Shown: positions 1 through 12,129, counted from the first letter of the whole stretch. The stretch is 63,291 bases of DNA, filler included, from Octopus bimaculoides (GCF_001194135.2; 6 parts of 6 records of this genome joined end to end with filler, not necessarily neighbours in it), one strand, 5' to 3'. Program-made: numbers and translations. The notes: a model not told the origin generated them from the sequence alone.

Positions 1-266
1 TATATGCATGTATGTATGTATATATATGCATGTATATATGTATGTGGGTGCATGTTTTATAGGATTCTAAACGCACAAGAGTATGTGTATGTATATGTGT
101 GTGTGTTTGTGTGTGAGAATGTGTACGTATGTGTTTATTGGCAAGCACATCATTTGTGCATTCATATGTATGTGTGTGTTTATGCGTGCTTATGTATATG
201 TATGTGTGTGTGCGTATGTGTGTGTGTGCATGCATATGTATATGTATGTGTGTGGGGAGGTGTATC

Positions 267-641
267 TCTTTTAGTTGTTTCAATCATTAGTCCGCGGTCA
301 AGCTGGGGCACCGCCTTGAAGAACTTTTTTGTCGAATGAATCGACGCAAGTACCTGCTTTTTTTAAAGCCTAGTACTTATTCTCTTGATCTCTTTTGTCG
401 AACCGCTAAGTTACGGCAACGTAACCACACCAGCTCCGGTTGTTTAGCAGTGGTGGGCTGTGGGACAAAACGCAGACACAAAGACATACGCACATAGATA
501 TATACATATCTATACGACGGGCTTCTTTCAGTTTCCGTCTACCAAATCATCTGACAAGGTGCAGAAAACACTTGCTCAAGGTGCCACGTAGTGGGACTGA
601 ACCCGGAACCATGTGGTTCGAAAGCAAGCTTCTTACCACAG
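267..641 (-). mobile_element. tRNA-derived SINE, family A (internal CA/TA microsatellite)
   Basis: Same architecture as copies at 28737 and 29415: tail gcaccgcc..gaaccgctaagttacgg, then a CA/TA tract, then head caaggtgccacgtagtgggactgaacccggaaccatgtgg. Confidence 0.8.
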
Positions 642-861
642 AATTTATTAAACAACAGAGCCTGCATAACCTCAAAGGCTCACTGGAAACTCCATTTGGG
701 GTCAAAAGGGTCTGACTTTATTGAGAATTATAACTTGGTATTCGGTCGGGATCTAGAACCAGGATCGTGTGTTCCTACTGGAAAAACTCGGAATAACAAG
801 AGGGTGACTCGACTAACATAAAATATCATGACTCTTTACCAAGGTGTTGTGTACTCTAGGG

Positions 862-1136
862 CAGGGGTTTTCAAACTGTGGTCCGCAAGGACAAGACAGG
901 GGGTCCGTGGACAGCGAATACTTTTTATGGGCAATTTGATTTTATGTATGTTTTTTAATCGAAATCTTTTAATTGACAATAAACCTATTTGTTAAATATT
1001 GTTAAAGAAATAAATGTAAAAATATGTTATTTTAAGCAAATATTTACGTATAAATTTCATAAGCGTTTATAAGGGAGTCCCTAAGGTAAAGCCTGAAATA
1101 TAAAGGGGTCCGCAAGTCAAAAAGTTTGAAAACCCC
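862..1136. mobile_element. hAT/Charlie-type non-autonomous element (MITE)
   Basis: Terminal inverted repeats CAGGGGTTTTCAAACT (862) and AGTTTGAAAACCCC (cut by the gap at 1137). Inner GGGGTCCGC subterminal motifs. The left flank ctctaggg resembles the NTCTAGAN Charlie target site. Confidence 0.75.
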
Positions 1137-2099
1137 NNNNNNNNNNNNNNNNNNNNNNNNNNNNNNNNNNNNNNNNNNNNNNNNNNNNNNNNNNNNNNNN
1201 NNNNNNNNNNNNNNNNNNNNNNNNNNNNNNNNNNNNNNNNNNNNNNNNNNNNNNNNNNNNNNNNNNNNNNNNNNNNNNNNNNNNNNNNNNNNNNNNNNNN
1301 NNNNNNNNNNNNNNNNNNNNNNNNNNNNNNNNNNNNNNNNNNNNNNNNNNNNNNNNNNNNNNNNNNNNNNNNNNNNNNNNNNNNNNNNNNNNNNNNNNNN
1401 NNNNNNNNNNNNNNNNNNNNNNNNNNNNNNNNNNNNNNNNNNNNNNNNNNNNNNNNNNNNNNNNNNNNNNNNNNNNNNNNNNNNNNNNNNNNNNNNNNNN
1501 NNNNNNNNNNNNNNNNNNNNNNNNNNNNNNNNNNNNNNNNNNNNNNNNNNNNNNNNNNNNNNNNNNNNNNNNNNNNNNNNNNNNNNNNNNNNNNNNNNNN
1601 NNNNNNNNNNNNNNNNNNNNNNNNNNNNNNNNNNNNNNNNNNNNNNNNNNNNNNNNNNNNNNNNNNNNNNNNNNNNNNNNNNNNNNNNNNNNNNNNNNNN
1701 NNNNNNNNNNNNNNNNNNNNNNNNNNNNNNNNNNNNNNNNNNNNNNNNNNNNNNNNNNNNNNNNNNNNNNNNNNNNNNNNNNNNNNNNNNNNNNNNNNNN
1801 NNNNNNNNNNNNNNNNNNNNNNNNNNNNNNNNNNNNNNNNNNNNNNNNNNNNNNNNNNNNNNNNNNNNNNNNNNNNNNNNNNNNNNNNNNNNNNNNNNNN
1901 NNNNNNNNNNNNNNNNNNNNNNNNNNNNNNNNNNNNNNNNNNNNNNNNNNNNNNNNNNNNNNNNNAAACTACACAGGAAAACTGGTGCGGTCATTCGTAG
2001 TCACCTGCGTCTCTTATCTAACAGTCTTCAATTAGCAATCGTTTGGAGAAGTCCAGAGCCTACGTAGGATATCGTATTTTAATAACCAACTGGACGGCT

Positions 2100-2150
2100 A
2101 ATTTGATACGCCATTTTTCACATGAAACTCGTAACTTCCGGTGTAGACCT
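2100..2150 (-). promoter_or_regulatory. Candidate housekeeping-type promoter (ETS + YY1 motifs)
   Basis: Minus strand CACCGGAAGT (2134-2143) followed by AAAAATGGCG (2109-2118). A CAG|GTGACT donor-like site lies at 2005. Confidence 0.4.
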
Positions 2151-2571
2151 GAATCTCAGCTGTATCCGTCAGTAAATATTGTGTGCATGTGTAGTGAGTG
2201 TGTGTGTGTGTGTGTGTAAGAATGTGTGTGCGTTGAGAATGTTTGTGTGAGTGTATGTGAATGTGTGTGTTTATTTTATGCTTTGCATTTCTGTTATATA
2301 TTTCTGTCTATCTGCGTGTATTACATTGTGTTTATGTTGCCATTAGTGTATAAGTGAATACGTATATATGTGTGTGTATGCGTACACAGGTGTATATGCG
2401 TAAGCCGTGTGCGTAAGTGTACATTAGTACATATTTTACACACACACACAGACATATGCATACACATATCTATATATGTAAATATGTACGTATGTATGTT
2501 TGTATATATATGTATCTATCTATGTATATACAAAGTATGTATGTATGTATGTATGTATGTATGTATGTATG

Positions 2572-2606
<35 letters not shown>

Positions 2607-2810
2607 GAAGTATGAATGTATATTGACACACACGCACGTGTATATTTGTGGTGAATGTGTAAATCTAGTCTTCTGTAAATATATTTACGTAATTCTATAT
2701 CAGTCGATGTTTGTTTATAAATATGCAATTACAGGTGCGTACCTGTATATAAATACAATTATATTAACAGACACACGCACATGCTCCTTTTGTGTCTCAC
2801 TTTATATATA

Positions 2811-3198
2811 TACCGTAAATCCTCGAGTATAATCCGCACTTTTTTTCCAAAATTTAAAGGTCAAAATTTCTAGTGCGCACTATATACGAGGTTAAAAATG
2901 AAATATATTTTCTAAGCAAAATTTTCTAAGTGATAAATATGTAAAGGCAATTTACTTAATATTTATTTGTCACTGACGTTATTACTGTTATTTCTTTATT
3001 TTCTGGAAATAAAGTGCACAAAAAAGCTACACGTTTGCATTATGTTATATATACAATAATAATAAAGGACGTTACCGTATATACGTTTACAAACCAAGGC
3101 CGTTATATAGACCTCCTTGACTCAAGTTAAAGAAGGGGTGCGTATTATACACAAGGTTTAGGTTTTTCTGAGGTACAGCCCCCTAAAATCCCCTGCGT
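2811..3198. mobile_element. Tc1/pogo (Tigger/Tc2-like) non-autonomous DNA transposon, right end lost in gap
   Basis: Begins TA-CCGTAAATCCTCGAGTATAATCCGCAC after a TA run. Subterminal gtgcgtattatac and cccctgcgt motifs occur near the gap. Confidence 0.55.
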
Positions 3199-3304
3199 NN
3201 NNNNNNNNNNNNNNNNNNNNNNNNNNNNNNNNNNNNNNNNNNNNNNNNNNNNNNNNNNNNNNNNNNNNNNNNNNNNNNNNNNNNNNNNNNNNNNNNNNNN
3301 NNNN

Positions 3305-3371
<67 letters not shown>

Positions 3372-3559
3372 CGTACACACATACATGTATATTATTTTAA
3401 TTTGCAGAAAATTGCAAAACTAACACATGGTTTACAGAGTTTCGTACCATGTATGAAATTTTCGGCTGTTTAATCCCTTTTGTAACAATCCTGCTTAAAA
3501 ACATTTATACAATGTAAAGTATTCATCTATACTTATGCATTGAGTTCTATTTCTTCTGT

Positions 3560-3960
3560 TTGTTCCGCAAAACCTATGCATATACATATGTAGCGACGCA
3601 GAGGCCAAGACCAGGACCAAGACCAGGACCAACACCAACAGCACCAACACCAACAACAGCAGTGCCAGCAACACCAGCGTCAACATTAACAGAAACAGCA
3701 TCGCCAACGGCTATATACAAAGATGCATCAGATGTTCCAGAAACTCCTTCAAACAGCGCCTCTCCAACCACAGGTCCTCGTTCAGGACTCTGGAGAGACA
3801 ATACGCCACGTCCTTGGCCATTCACGTGCGGCGCCTGAAGGACGAAGGAACTCCGCAAATAACCTTATGGAAGATCCTAGAAGAACCGGACCCTTACATC
3901 AACGAGAGCAGTGTTGCAAGCTGCGCACAGCTGAAGGCGCCGATTACATGTGCCCTGTAC
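3560..3960 (+). pseudogene. Penelope-like element GIY-YIG endonuclease remnant
   Basis: One frame reads ..RNSFKQRLSNHRSSFRTLERQYATSLAIHVRRLKDEGTPQITLWKILEEPDPYINES, then after a frameshift CCKLRTAE. This fits the PLE endonuclease pattern FK.R..NH..SF..T.L..H...LK....W.IL....Y...C.LC..E. Confidence 0.7.
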
Positions 3961-4267
3961 CACCTTCTTTCGTTTGTCCACTCCTGTGTGTGTGTGTGTG
4001 TAGCTTTTATCATTTGCTTATTGCAATCATTAGACTGCGACCATGCTCTAGCACCACCTTGAAGAATTTGGGTCAAACAAACCGACACTATTACTTATCT
4101 TTTATTTCGGTCACTTTCGCAGAACCGCTTAATTACAGGGATGTAAACACACCAACATCAACTGTCAAGTGTTAATGGGGGACAAGCATAGACACAAAGA
4201 CACACACATACACACACGCGTGCACGCACTCACGCGCGCGCGCACACACACACACACACACAAACAC

Positions 4268-4311
<44 letters not shown>

Positions 4312-4614
4312 ACCCATACATGTGTATACGATAAACTTCTTTCAGTTTCCTTAAGATAAATACATACATATATTCCATACATTCATACATGTATGTAATG
4401 TATATATGCATATATATATGTTTGTATGTATGTATGTATGTATGTATGTATGTATGTATGTATGTATGTATNNNNNNNNNNATGTATGTATGTATGTATT
4501 CCCGTATGCAAGGGTGTATATTTGTGTGTGTAATGGAAATCTGCGTCGATATAGGTTGCATATCAAACTGATGTAGATGAAAAACATTAAGAGGCAGAAA
4601 GATAGAGAGAGATT

Positions 4615-4646
<32 letters not shown>

Positions 4647-4749
4647 GAGAAAGAGAAAGAGAGAGGTGTAGAGAAAAATAACAAGAGAGACAAAACGAAG
4701 GAGGGAGGGAGAGGGCGAGTCTCTAAATAGCTCGGCAGTGAAACGGGTC

Positions 4750-5110
4750 GGGTGAAGGAGGGGTGAGCACAAAAATTATGAGCTGATAATCCAATTAGCA
4801 AAAACCAGATGCTCGTGGAATCTAACAAGCATAATTTCAAATCTCTGATAAGGAACATTCTGAAGATATAGCGGCGAGCACGTAGCGAACTCACAACCAA
4901 TTTCCTCACACTTATCTTAGTCAACATACTTCTCTTGAACTTTAACGTCTTGGTGCAATCATTTTATACAATGCCGTTCGCAACTGTGGGCGTTTCACCA
5001 GAATATTTCATCGCCTAATATTTGATACTGTCCCTAAATGAGCGAAAGAATGGGTTAGACACAGCGAGGGTCTGCTACCATCTCGTGCGTTCTTTGGTTC
5101 CAGTCCGCTG
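4750..5110 (-). pseudogene. Possible decayed Tc1/mariner transposase N-terminal fragment
   Basis: Frameshifted minus-strand fragments resembling F..TGS...SG.P and ISVRKL..IRDLKL (HTH region). Weak. Confidence 0.3.
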
Positions 5111-5340
5111 ATGGAATTTCGTTATTTTAACTTGTTTATTTTTTAAATAAATTAGGATGTTTTTATCACTACGCTAATTTATAATTTGAGCGCTTTATAA
5201 TTTCGGCAGAAAATGTGAGGCATTTTTATAAGAATTTAGCGAAACTCACTTAACTACTTCAGCAAGTAACGGTGAAATCTATACTTCACTGAGGATGTCA
5301 AATAAACTATTACTACTACTACTACTACTACTACTACTAT

Positions 5341-5404
<64 letters not shown>

Positions 5405-5788
5405 GGAGGCGCAATGGCCCAGTGGCTAAGGCAGCGGACTCGCGGTCATAAGATCGCGGTTTCGATTCCCAGACCGGGCGTTGTGAGTGTTTATTGAGCG
5501 AAAACACCTAAAGCTCCACGAGGCTCCGGCAGGGGATGGTGGCGAACCCTGCTGTACTCTTTCACCACAACTTTCTCTCACTCTTACTGCCTGTTTCTGT
5601 TGTGCCTGTAATTCAAAGGGTCAGCCTTGTCACACTCTGTGTCACGCTGAATATCCCCGAGAACTACGTTAAGGGTACACGTGTCTGTGGAGTGTTCAGC
5701 CACTTGCACGTTAGTTTCACGAGCAGGCTGTTCCGTTGATGGGATCAACTGGAACCCTCGACGTCGTAAGTGACGGAGTGCCAACAAC
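5405..5788 (+). mobile_element. tRNA-derived SINE, family C (young, ~385 bp)
   Basis: A-box-like TGGCCCAGTGG, B-box-like GGTTTCGATTCCC, and a CCAACAAC tail. Near-identical to the copy at 26458-26842. Flanked by (TAC)n on both sides. Confidence 0.85.
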
Positions 5789-5809
5789 AGCTACTACTAC
5801 TACTACTGG

Positions 5810-6030
5810 TTTCAAATTTTGGCACAAAGCCAGAAAATCCGGAGAAGGGGGTTAAATCGATTAAACAGACCCCCAGTGCTCAACTGGTACTTTTTTCATC
5901 GACCCCCTGAATAGATAAATGAAAGGCAAAGTCAACCTCGGCGGAATTTGAACTCAGAACGTGAAGACTAACGAAATGCTGCTAAGTATTTCGCTCAGCA
6001 TGATAACGATTCTGCCAGCTCGCCGCCTTA
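5810..6030 (-). mobile_element. tRNA-derived SINE, family B (MetaSINE-like central domain)
   Basis: Reverse complement of taaggcggcgagctggcagaatcgtta..gttctgagttcaaattccgccgagg..gcctttca..ggggtcgat..agtaccag. Confidence 0.75.
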
Positions 6031-6129
6031 CTGCTGCTGCTACTGCTGCTACTACTATTAATAATAATAATAACTGACAATTATAATAATAACAACAATA
6101 ATAGTGATAATAATAATAATAATAATTAT

Positions 6130-6280
6130 CCTTTCTACTATAGGCACAAGGGCTGAAACTTTGGAGGAGGTGGGTTAGTCGATTACGTCGACCCCAATTG
6201 TTTCACTGGTACTTAATATATCGACACCGAAAGGATAAAAGGCAAAGCCGACATCGGCAGAATTTGAACTCAGAACGAGA
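6130..6280 (-). mobile_element. SINE family B, 5'-truncated
   Basis: cctttctactataggcacaag tail after an (AAT)n tract; core gaaaggataaaaggcaaagccgacatcggcagaatttgaactcagaacg. Confidence 0.7.
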
Positions 6281-6454
6281 AGACAGCTGAATAGTAATAG
6301 TAATAATAGAAACAAGTTAATAACAACAACGACAGCAACAATAACATGAACAGCATTAAGAAAGAACAGCAGCAGCAGCAGCAACAACAACAACAACAAC
6401 GCACATATTAACACTAATAGGAATTAGTTTTGCTCCATCATGGTTGATGGTGAC

Positions 6455-6506
<52 letters not shown>

Positions 6507-6629
6507 GTAAAAATAAACAGAAACCAAGACAAGGAATTAGCGCAGACCCAACACGGAAGGGGTAATTAATTGATCTGGGCTGTTTCATGTGTAGTAATAC
6601 GATTGAATAATAATAGGGATGAGACAGAT

Positions 6630-6770
6630 TATCTCACCGGAAACGGATGTTGTAAGTGACGGAAGCGGCAGATTTAATAGTTTGTTTAAACAATCATTTT
6701 TTCTCGTTCGATAGACGCAGTCGTTGTTTGTTGTTCATTGGTGAGAGAAATAAAATGGCTGACCGTCGTT
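6630..6770 (+). promoter_or_regulatory. Candidate promoter (ETS-like x2, YY1-like), possibly for AOPEP
   Basis: ACCGGAAAC at 6636, GACGGAAGCGG at 6658 and AAAATGGCTG at 6752 in a CpG-containing non-repeat patch. Confidence 0.35.
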
Positions 6771-7025
6771 AGCTTTGATCAGAGACTCTTGTCATGTGTG
6801 TGCGATATGAATGTATACAAACGTATACATTCATATATAGACTTATATATGTGTGTGCATGCGCACGCAACGCATGGCCCTGTGGTTAAGAAGTTTTTTC
6901 CACAGTCACATGGTTCTGGCTTCAATCGCAGTGTGCGGCACTTTGGGCAAGTGTCTTCTATAGCCACGGGGCTGACTAAAGCCTTGTGAGTGCATTTCGT
7001 AGGCGGAAAGTGTATGACAGCCTCG

Positions 7026-7060
<35 letters not shown>

Positions 7061-7453
7061 TGTATATATATGTGTGTATATATATATATATATAGTGAAA
7101 AGTCTTTAATGTTTCGAGCCTACGCTCTTCCACAGAAAGGAACACAGAAAGAAACAGGGAAAGAAAAGAAAATATATACGTTCATATACACGCAAAAACA
7201 CATTATATTTCGGTGTCCAGTAATACAAGAGACATACCTTTTCTGCAAATGAGTACAAGAAGCGTAAGGGTGTAGTAGAGTACAAAAGTACATCAATTTG
7301 AACATATATCGAATTCCATAGAATGTGGAGCTAAATATTATACTTCACACCGAGTGACAGGCGAAAGCGCAAAACGGCAGACAAATACCATACATTATAT
7401 AGATACATGTGTGTGTCTGTGTATAGAGTTTTATATATATGTATGCGTGTGTG

Positions 7454-7484
<31 letters not shown>

Positions 7485-7613
7485 ATGTATATGTGTATAT
7501 ATATATAATGCGTGTGTACGTATGTGTGTGTATGCGTGTGGTTGTGTACAAATACGTGTATATATACATGCATTTATATATATATATGTGTATACAAAGA
7601 TTTGTATAGGTGT

Positions 7614-7651
<38 letters not shown>

Positions 7652-8033
7652 TACAATTTTCGAGGCTAGTTAATATATATGTTAATTTGATAATAATTTC
7701 GATAACAGGATTGATGTAAAATACAAATAGAAGAATATGCCAAGTTGTAGACATTTTTTAACTTCTTTATAAATGTTTAGCGAAGAAGCACAAATTCATG
7801 TCCGGGTAAGAAAAAAAAACAAAAACAATTTTTCTCGCGCTTTATTTAAATATATTCGATTCTACACACCTTCTCACCTCTTATTTCGTTCTGTTTCTTT
7901 CTTTTCTCTTTCTATTTTCATCTATTTCTTTCTTTTCTTTAATTCCTTCTTTCGTCCTTCACTTCTTTCTTTCTCTTTGTCTTCTTTCCTTTCTTCATAA
8001 CTCTTTTCTTGAATCTCTCTTACTTTCTTTGCT

Positions 8034-8068
<35 letters not shown>

Positions 8069-8463
8069 CGTTTCATTTTATTTTCTTTCTCTGCCTTTCT
8101 TCCTATTTCATTTCCTTCCTTCCTTCCTTTCCTCCTCTCTTTCCATTTCTTTTCTTTCTCTAACATTATACTATTTACATGTAATTCCAACCTCAGTGAC
8201 CCCTAATTATTTTACCCCTAAAATACCAGTAATTAATATGATTGATTTAGACCATTATTTATTTTATTACATATTTATTTATGTTTATATTTATTTACTT
8301 GATGTTATCGTGCCATACGTAACTAATCGAATAATTTCTATTTATTCGATTACATCTTTTACACATGTAACAACAAACCAAAATGTCTCCTTTGTGTTTG
8401 CATCGATACGTACGTACATACATACATACATACATACACGCATACATACATACNNNNNNNNNN

Positions 8464-8531
<68 letters not shown>

Positions 8532-8556
8532 AACTATATATATATATATATGTAAC

Positions 8557-8588
<32 letters not shown>

Positions 8589-9292
8589 CATGAATGTACA
8601 TATGAATGTATATGAATGTATATATACACACATTTATATATATATATATATACATATGTATGTATATATGAATATATATATGTATGTGTGTGAGTGTGCA
8701 TATGTATATATAATATATATAGCGCGCTCTCGATATATATAATTATATTACATTATTATATTATATATATTATATAAACATACACACACACACGTATATA
8801 GATATATATATAGATCGGTAGATTGATAAATACTATATCATATATCAAGTTATAGATAGATGTAGATTTTATAAATATAATGTTTTACATGGAATAATTT
8901 CATATATTTAAAATATATATAAATAATATATATATATAATACACAGATATATATATATGTGTGTGTATACACAACTTATGCATGTGTATATGAGCATATT
9001 TGTATACGCACTCTCACACGACACGGAGTTGTCGAAAGGTTCGCTTCACAATTCTTGTTTCGGGATTGTTGCCCCACTGTGTCATCCAGATGAGATGTTT
9101 TTACCTGTATCTTCGAGTTGATCCATGAGTTTAGGAAGTGTACGGAAGCGTTTCGAATGGATTGCTTGTGTAAATAACTTCAGCTTGGTCACACTTTGTT
9201 GTATGGATTCGTTCTGTGAAAGACAAAAAATGTAGATGTGTTGGTGCAAATGTCAGTCAGTTTAGAGGACAGTTCAATCATATATATATATA

Positions 9293-9392
9293 NNNNNNNN
9301 NNNNNNNNNNNNNNNNNNNNNNNNNNNNNNNNNNNNTTAATTAATTAANNNNNNNNNNNNNNNNNNNNNNNNNNNNNNNNNNNNNNNNNNNN
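9293..9392. other. Scaffold-join spacer (100-nt N gap with TTAATTAATTAA linker)
   Basis: Identical spacers at 17433-17532, 23031-23130, 33402-33501 and 56943-57042. Confidence 0.95.
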
Positions 9393-9610
9393 GGGATACA
9401 CCGTCTGCAAGTAGTTGGGTTCAGCATATCATCCTCCATTTTCTAATTGTTACACAAATTTTGGGTAAAACCTCCACTTTTACCCGCTCCCATTGATTGC
9501 ACCTAGTATAGCACTAGTGTAGCAATAATTGGGTACCCTCCCAGCAGTATACTGGATAGATACTATCCCTTAGTGGGTTGAACCCCCAACCCCTAACTCT
9601 CTCACGTTAC

Positions 9611-9642
<32 letters not shown>

Positions 9643-9914
9643 GAGTGTGTGTGTCTTAACAAATACAGAACACTGCTGCCACATACTTATCTTGTGGATG
9701 TCTTTCCAGAAATTTAACATCTGTGATTTGATGTTGTTTGAAACCAAACCTTTGCTATGATTCCTCTCAATTTTTATCATTTATTGATTGTTTTCTATTT
9801 GTAACTTTTAAAAAAAAAGTTGAAAGTTTTTAGTTTTAAATATGCTTTATCATTTTTAATTTCATGTTTTTTTAAAATTTTTTATTATTTTCATTTTTAA
9901 CCAGTTAAAAGAAA

Positions 9915-10975
9915 ATGGAACAGAATAATACTAAAGAAAATGATCTGCCTCTGATGGCAAACATAGACACATATTGTGTCCAGCATTATGTTCTGGATTT
10001 GACGTGTGACTTTTCTAAAAATATACTTTCTGGATCAACAACACTCTTTGTTAATCGTGTTAAATCAGATCCAGTGAAATCTCATTCACAAAATGACATT
10101 TTACAAACAAAAAAACGGAAACACTTAATTACGGACCAAATTATTACAGAGAAGAAACAGAAGAATTGCACCGATGTTTCAAAATGTTCTGAAAGCAATT
10201 CAAATAAACTTACAGATTCTTTAAACTCTGATAATGTGTCTCTTGATGAAGAACATTCTAGTTTTCTTCAGTCTGAACAATATTTAAAAGACTGCAATGA
10301 AACTGAGTCAAATATTGCAACGCATGATATTACAAGGAATAATGAGAAAATGTCAATTATTCCAAAATTGGGTACTGTTGGATCTTCACAAATTAATTCT
10401 TCGTGTTTAGAAGAGGAAATTTTACCAGCAGATATTACATCAAATGATAAAAATGTCAAAGAAATAATTGCATCAACTGGCGATCAGAGAAATCTTATGA
10501 CTGCAAAGAATATAAGTAAAGAATCTACAGAGTCAGTGAATTCTTTTACAATTTGTCATTTAGAACAGAAACAATTTACCAAAGTTTTACCTGGCAATTC
10601 AGATGTTAACCTTCAGACAGTGGAAGATGGCAGTAATCAATATAACCATTCCATATTTATACTTGATGCCTGCGATATTATTGTTTCTGAAGTTACTTTA
10701 TTACCTCTTCTTTGGTGTGATAAATGCCAAAATAAATGTTTTAAAGAATGTGAAACGGGTGCTGATTCCTCTGCCAAAAGAGAAGAATTTTATCATCAGT
10801 GTTCTTTAAAAATTGGTAAAGAAATGTCATTTAAAAATGACAAATGGTCACTGAGAGTTTTTGAGAAGGATCCAACAGAAGAATTCTGCCTAAATTCCAA
10901 GTTTGCTATTAAAATTAAATATTCAACACATGCCAAAGGGAAGTCATTAAAATGGGTACCAGATCAAGATGGGAA
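9915..10975 (+). CDS. AOPEP: Aminopeptidase O (peptidase M1 family), coding exon 1
   Basis: ORF begins MEQNNTKENDLPLMANIDTYCVQHYVLDLTCDFSKNILSGSTTLF. This resembles the AOPEP N-terminus as I recall it (DLPLMAN..VKHYVLDLDVDF). Later blocks FILDACDIIV, DKWSLRV and IKYST..GKSLKWVPDQDG also match. A polypyrimidine tract and ccag acceptor lie at 9901-9904 just before the ATG. Donor AA|gtaag at 10976 (phase 2). Confidence 0.93.
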
Positions 10976-11115
10976 GTAAGTTTGAGATTTTCTTGAAACA
11001 TTTATATATATATGTATATGTATAATACTAATTCACAGCCTTTTCTATTTTTACTTGGTTTATGCCATTTTTGTAAGCAATTTTTGTGGCTATTTACACT
11101 TATATTGGGCATATT

Positions 11116-11590
11116 CATCATCATCATCATCATTTAACGTCCATTTTTCATGCTAGCATGGGTTTGACGATTTGACTGGGGACTGGCAAACCAGATGGCT
11201 ACACCAGACTCCAATCTGATCTGGCAGAGTTTCTACAGCTGGATGCTCTTCCTAACGCCAACCACTCTGAGAGTGTAGTGGGTGCTTTTTACGTGTCACT
11301 GGCACGAGGGCCAGTCCAGCGGTACTGGCAACGGCCACGCTCCAATGGCGGTTTTTACGTGCCACCTGCACAGGAGTCAGTCCATTGTTTTGTTCACATA
11401 CCACCAGCACAACTGCCAGTAAGGCGAAGCTGGAAACGATCGCGCTCAAATGGTGCTTTTTACGTGCTACCGGCACGGAAGCAAGACCTGCTCGGATTGT
11501 GCTGCTAGCACTCCACTGGCACGGGTGCCAGTCATTGAATTTAGTTCAGTTTCGATCTCAGCTTGTGAAAACCTGTTGGGGCAAGTGAGG
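11116..11590 (-). mobile_element. RTE-type retroposon 3' remnant in AOPEP intron 1
   Basis: On the minus strand it ends ggacgttaaa(tga)n. Contains ctacagctggatgctcttcctaacgccaaccact and three internal gcttttacgtgccaccggcacg-like units. Related copies at 12130-12400 and 14215-14510. The RTE assignment is inferred from the tail type. Confidence 0.6.
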
Positions 11591-11844
11591 TATTACAGGG
11601 ACAATTCATATTAATTTCACCAACTTTATTGCTATCAGGTGGTATATAATTGTAATTGTTGTCATTATGTGGGAGATATGCCAGAGCTTCATTATTGTAG
11701 CTAGGCTTACGATTAGATATGTCCTGGTTAGCAGAGAGCAATGATATATGGGAAGATGCACTGTTTATTATGGAATATATGATGGCTTTTGGATGATTCA
11801 AAAAGTGATTAACATAAGTTAGATGCTGATTTGGTTTTTGAAGA

Positions 11845-11880
<36 letters not shown>

Positions 11881-12129
11881 ATTTAAATATGAGCTACTAT
11901 AAGTTTCATGCTTCTGATTGCCATGTACTACTGAGCAATTTTTCAGGCTAAAAGATTGCCCAGTAGTACACAGTATACTATACAAGCTTGCCCAACTATT
12001 GTGCTATCAGAAGCATGCAGCTTATTGTAAACTCACATTTAAATCCTGTGTATATTAAATATCTCTTACTGGATGGAATACTTTTTTTGTTGATTCTCAC
12101 TGAAATGGAACAGTACACTATATATACAA

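Noticed and set aside
3560-3838. Pro/Thr-rich mucin-like protein
   Set aside because: No splice or signal context; better explained as a simple repeat plus an out-of-frame reading of a Penelope-like endonuclease remnant.
5405-5480. tRNA-like sequences at SINE heads
   Set aside because: A/B boxes are present but there is no complete cloverleaf, and each runs into a conserved SINE body.
9293-9392. Recurrent palindrome TTAATTAATTAA (also at about 17477, 23075, 33446 and 56987)
   Set aside because: Always centred in exactly 100-nt N gaps; an artificial all-frame-stop scaffold linker, not biological.
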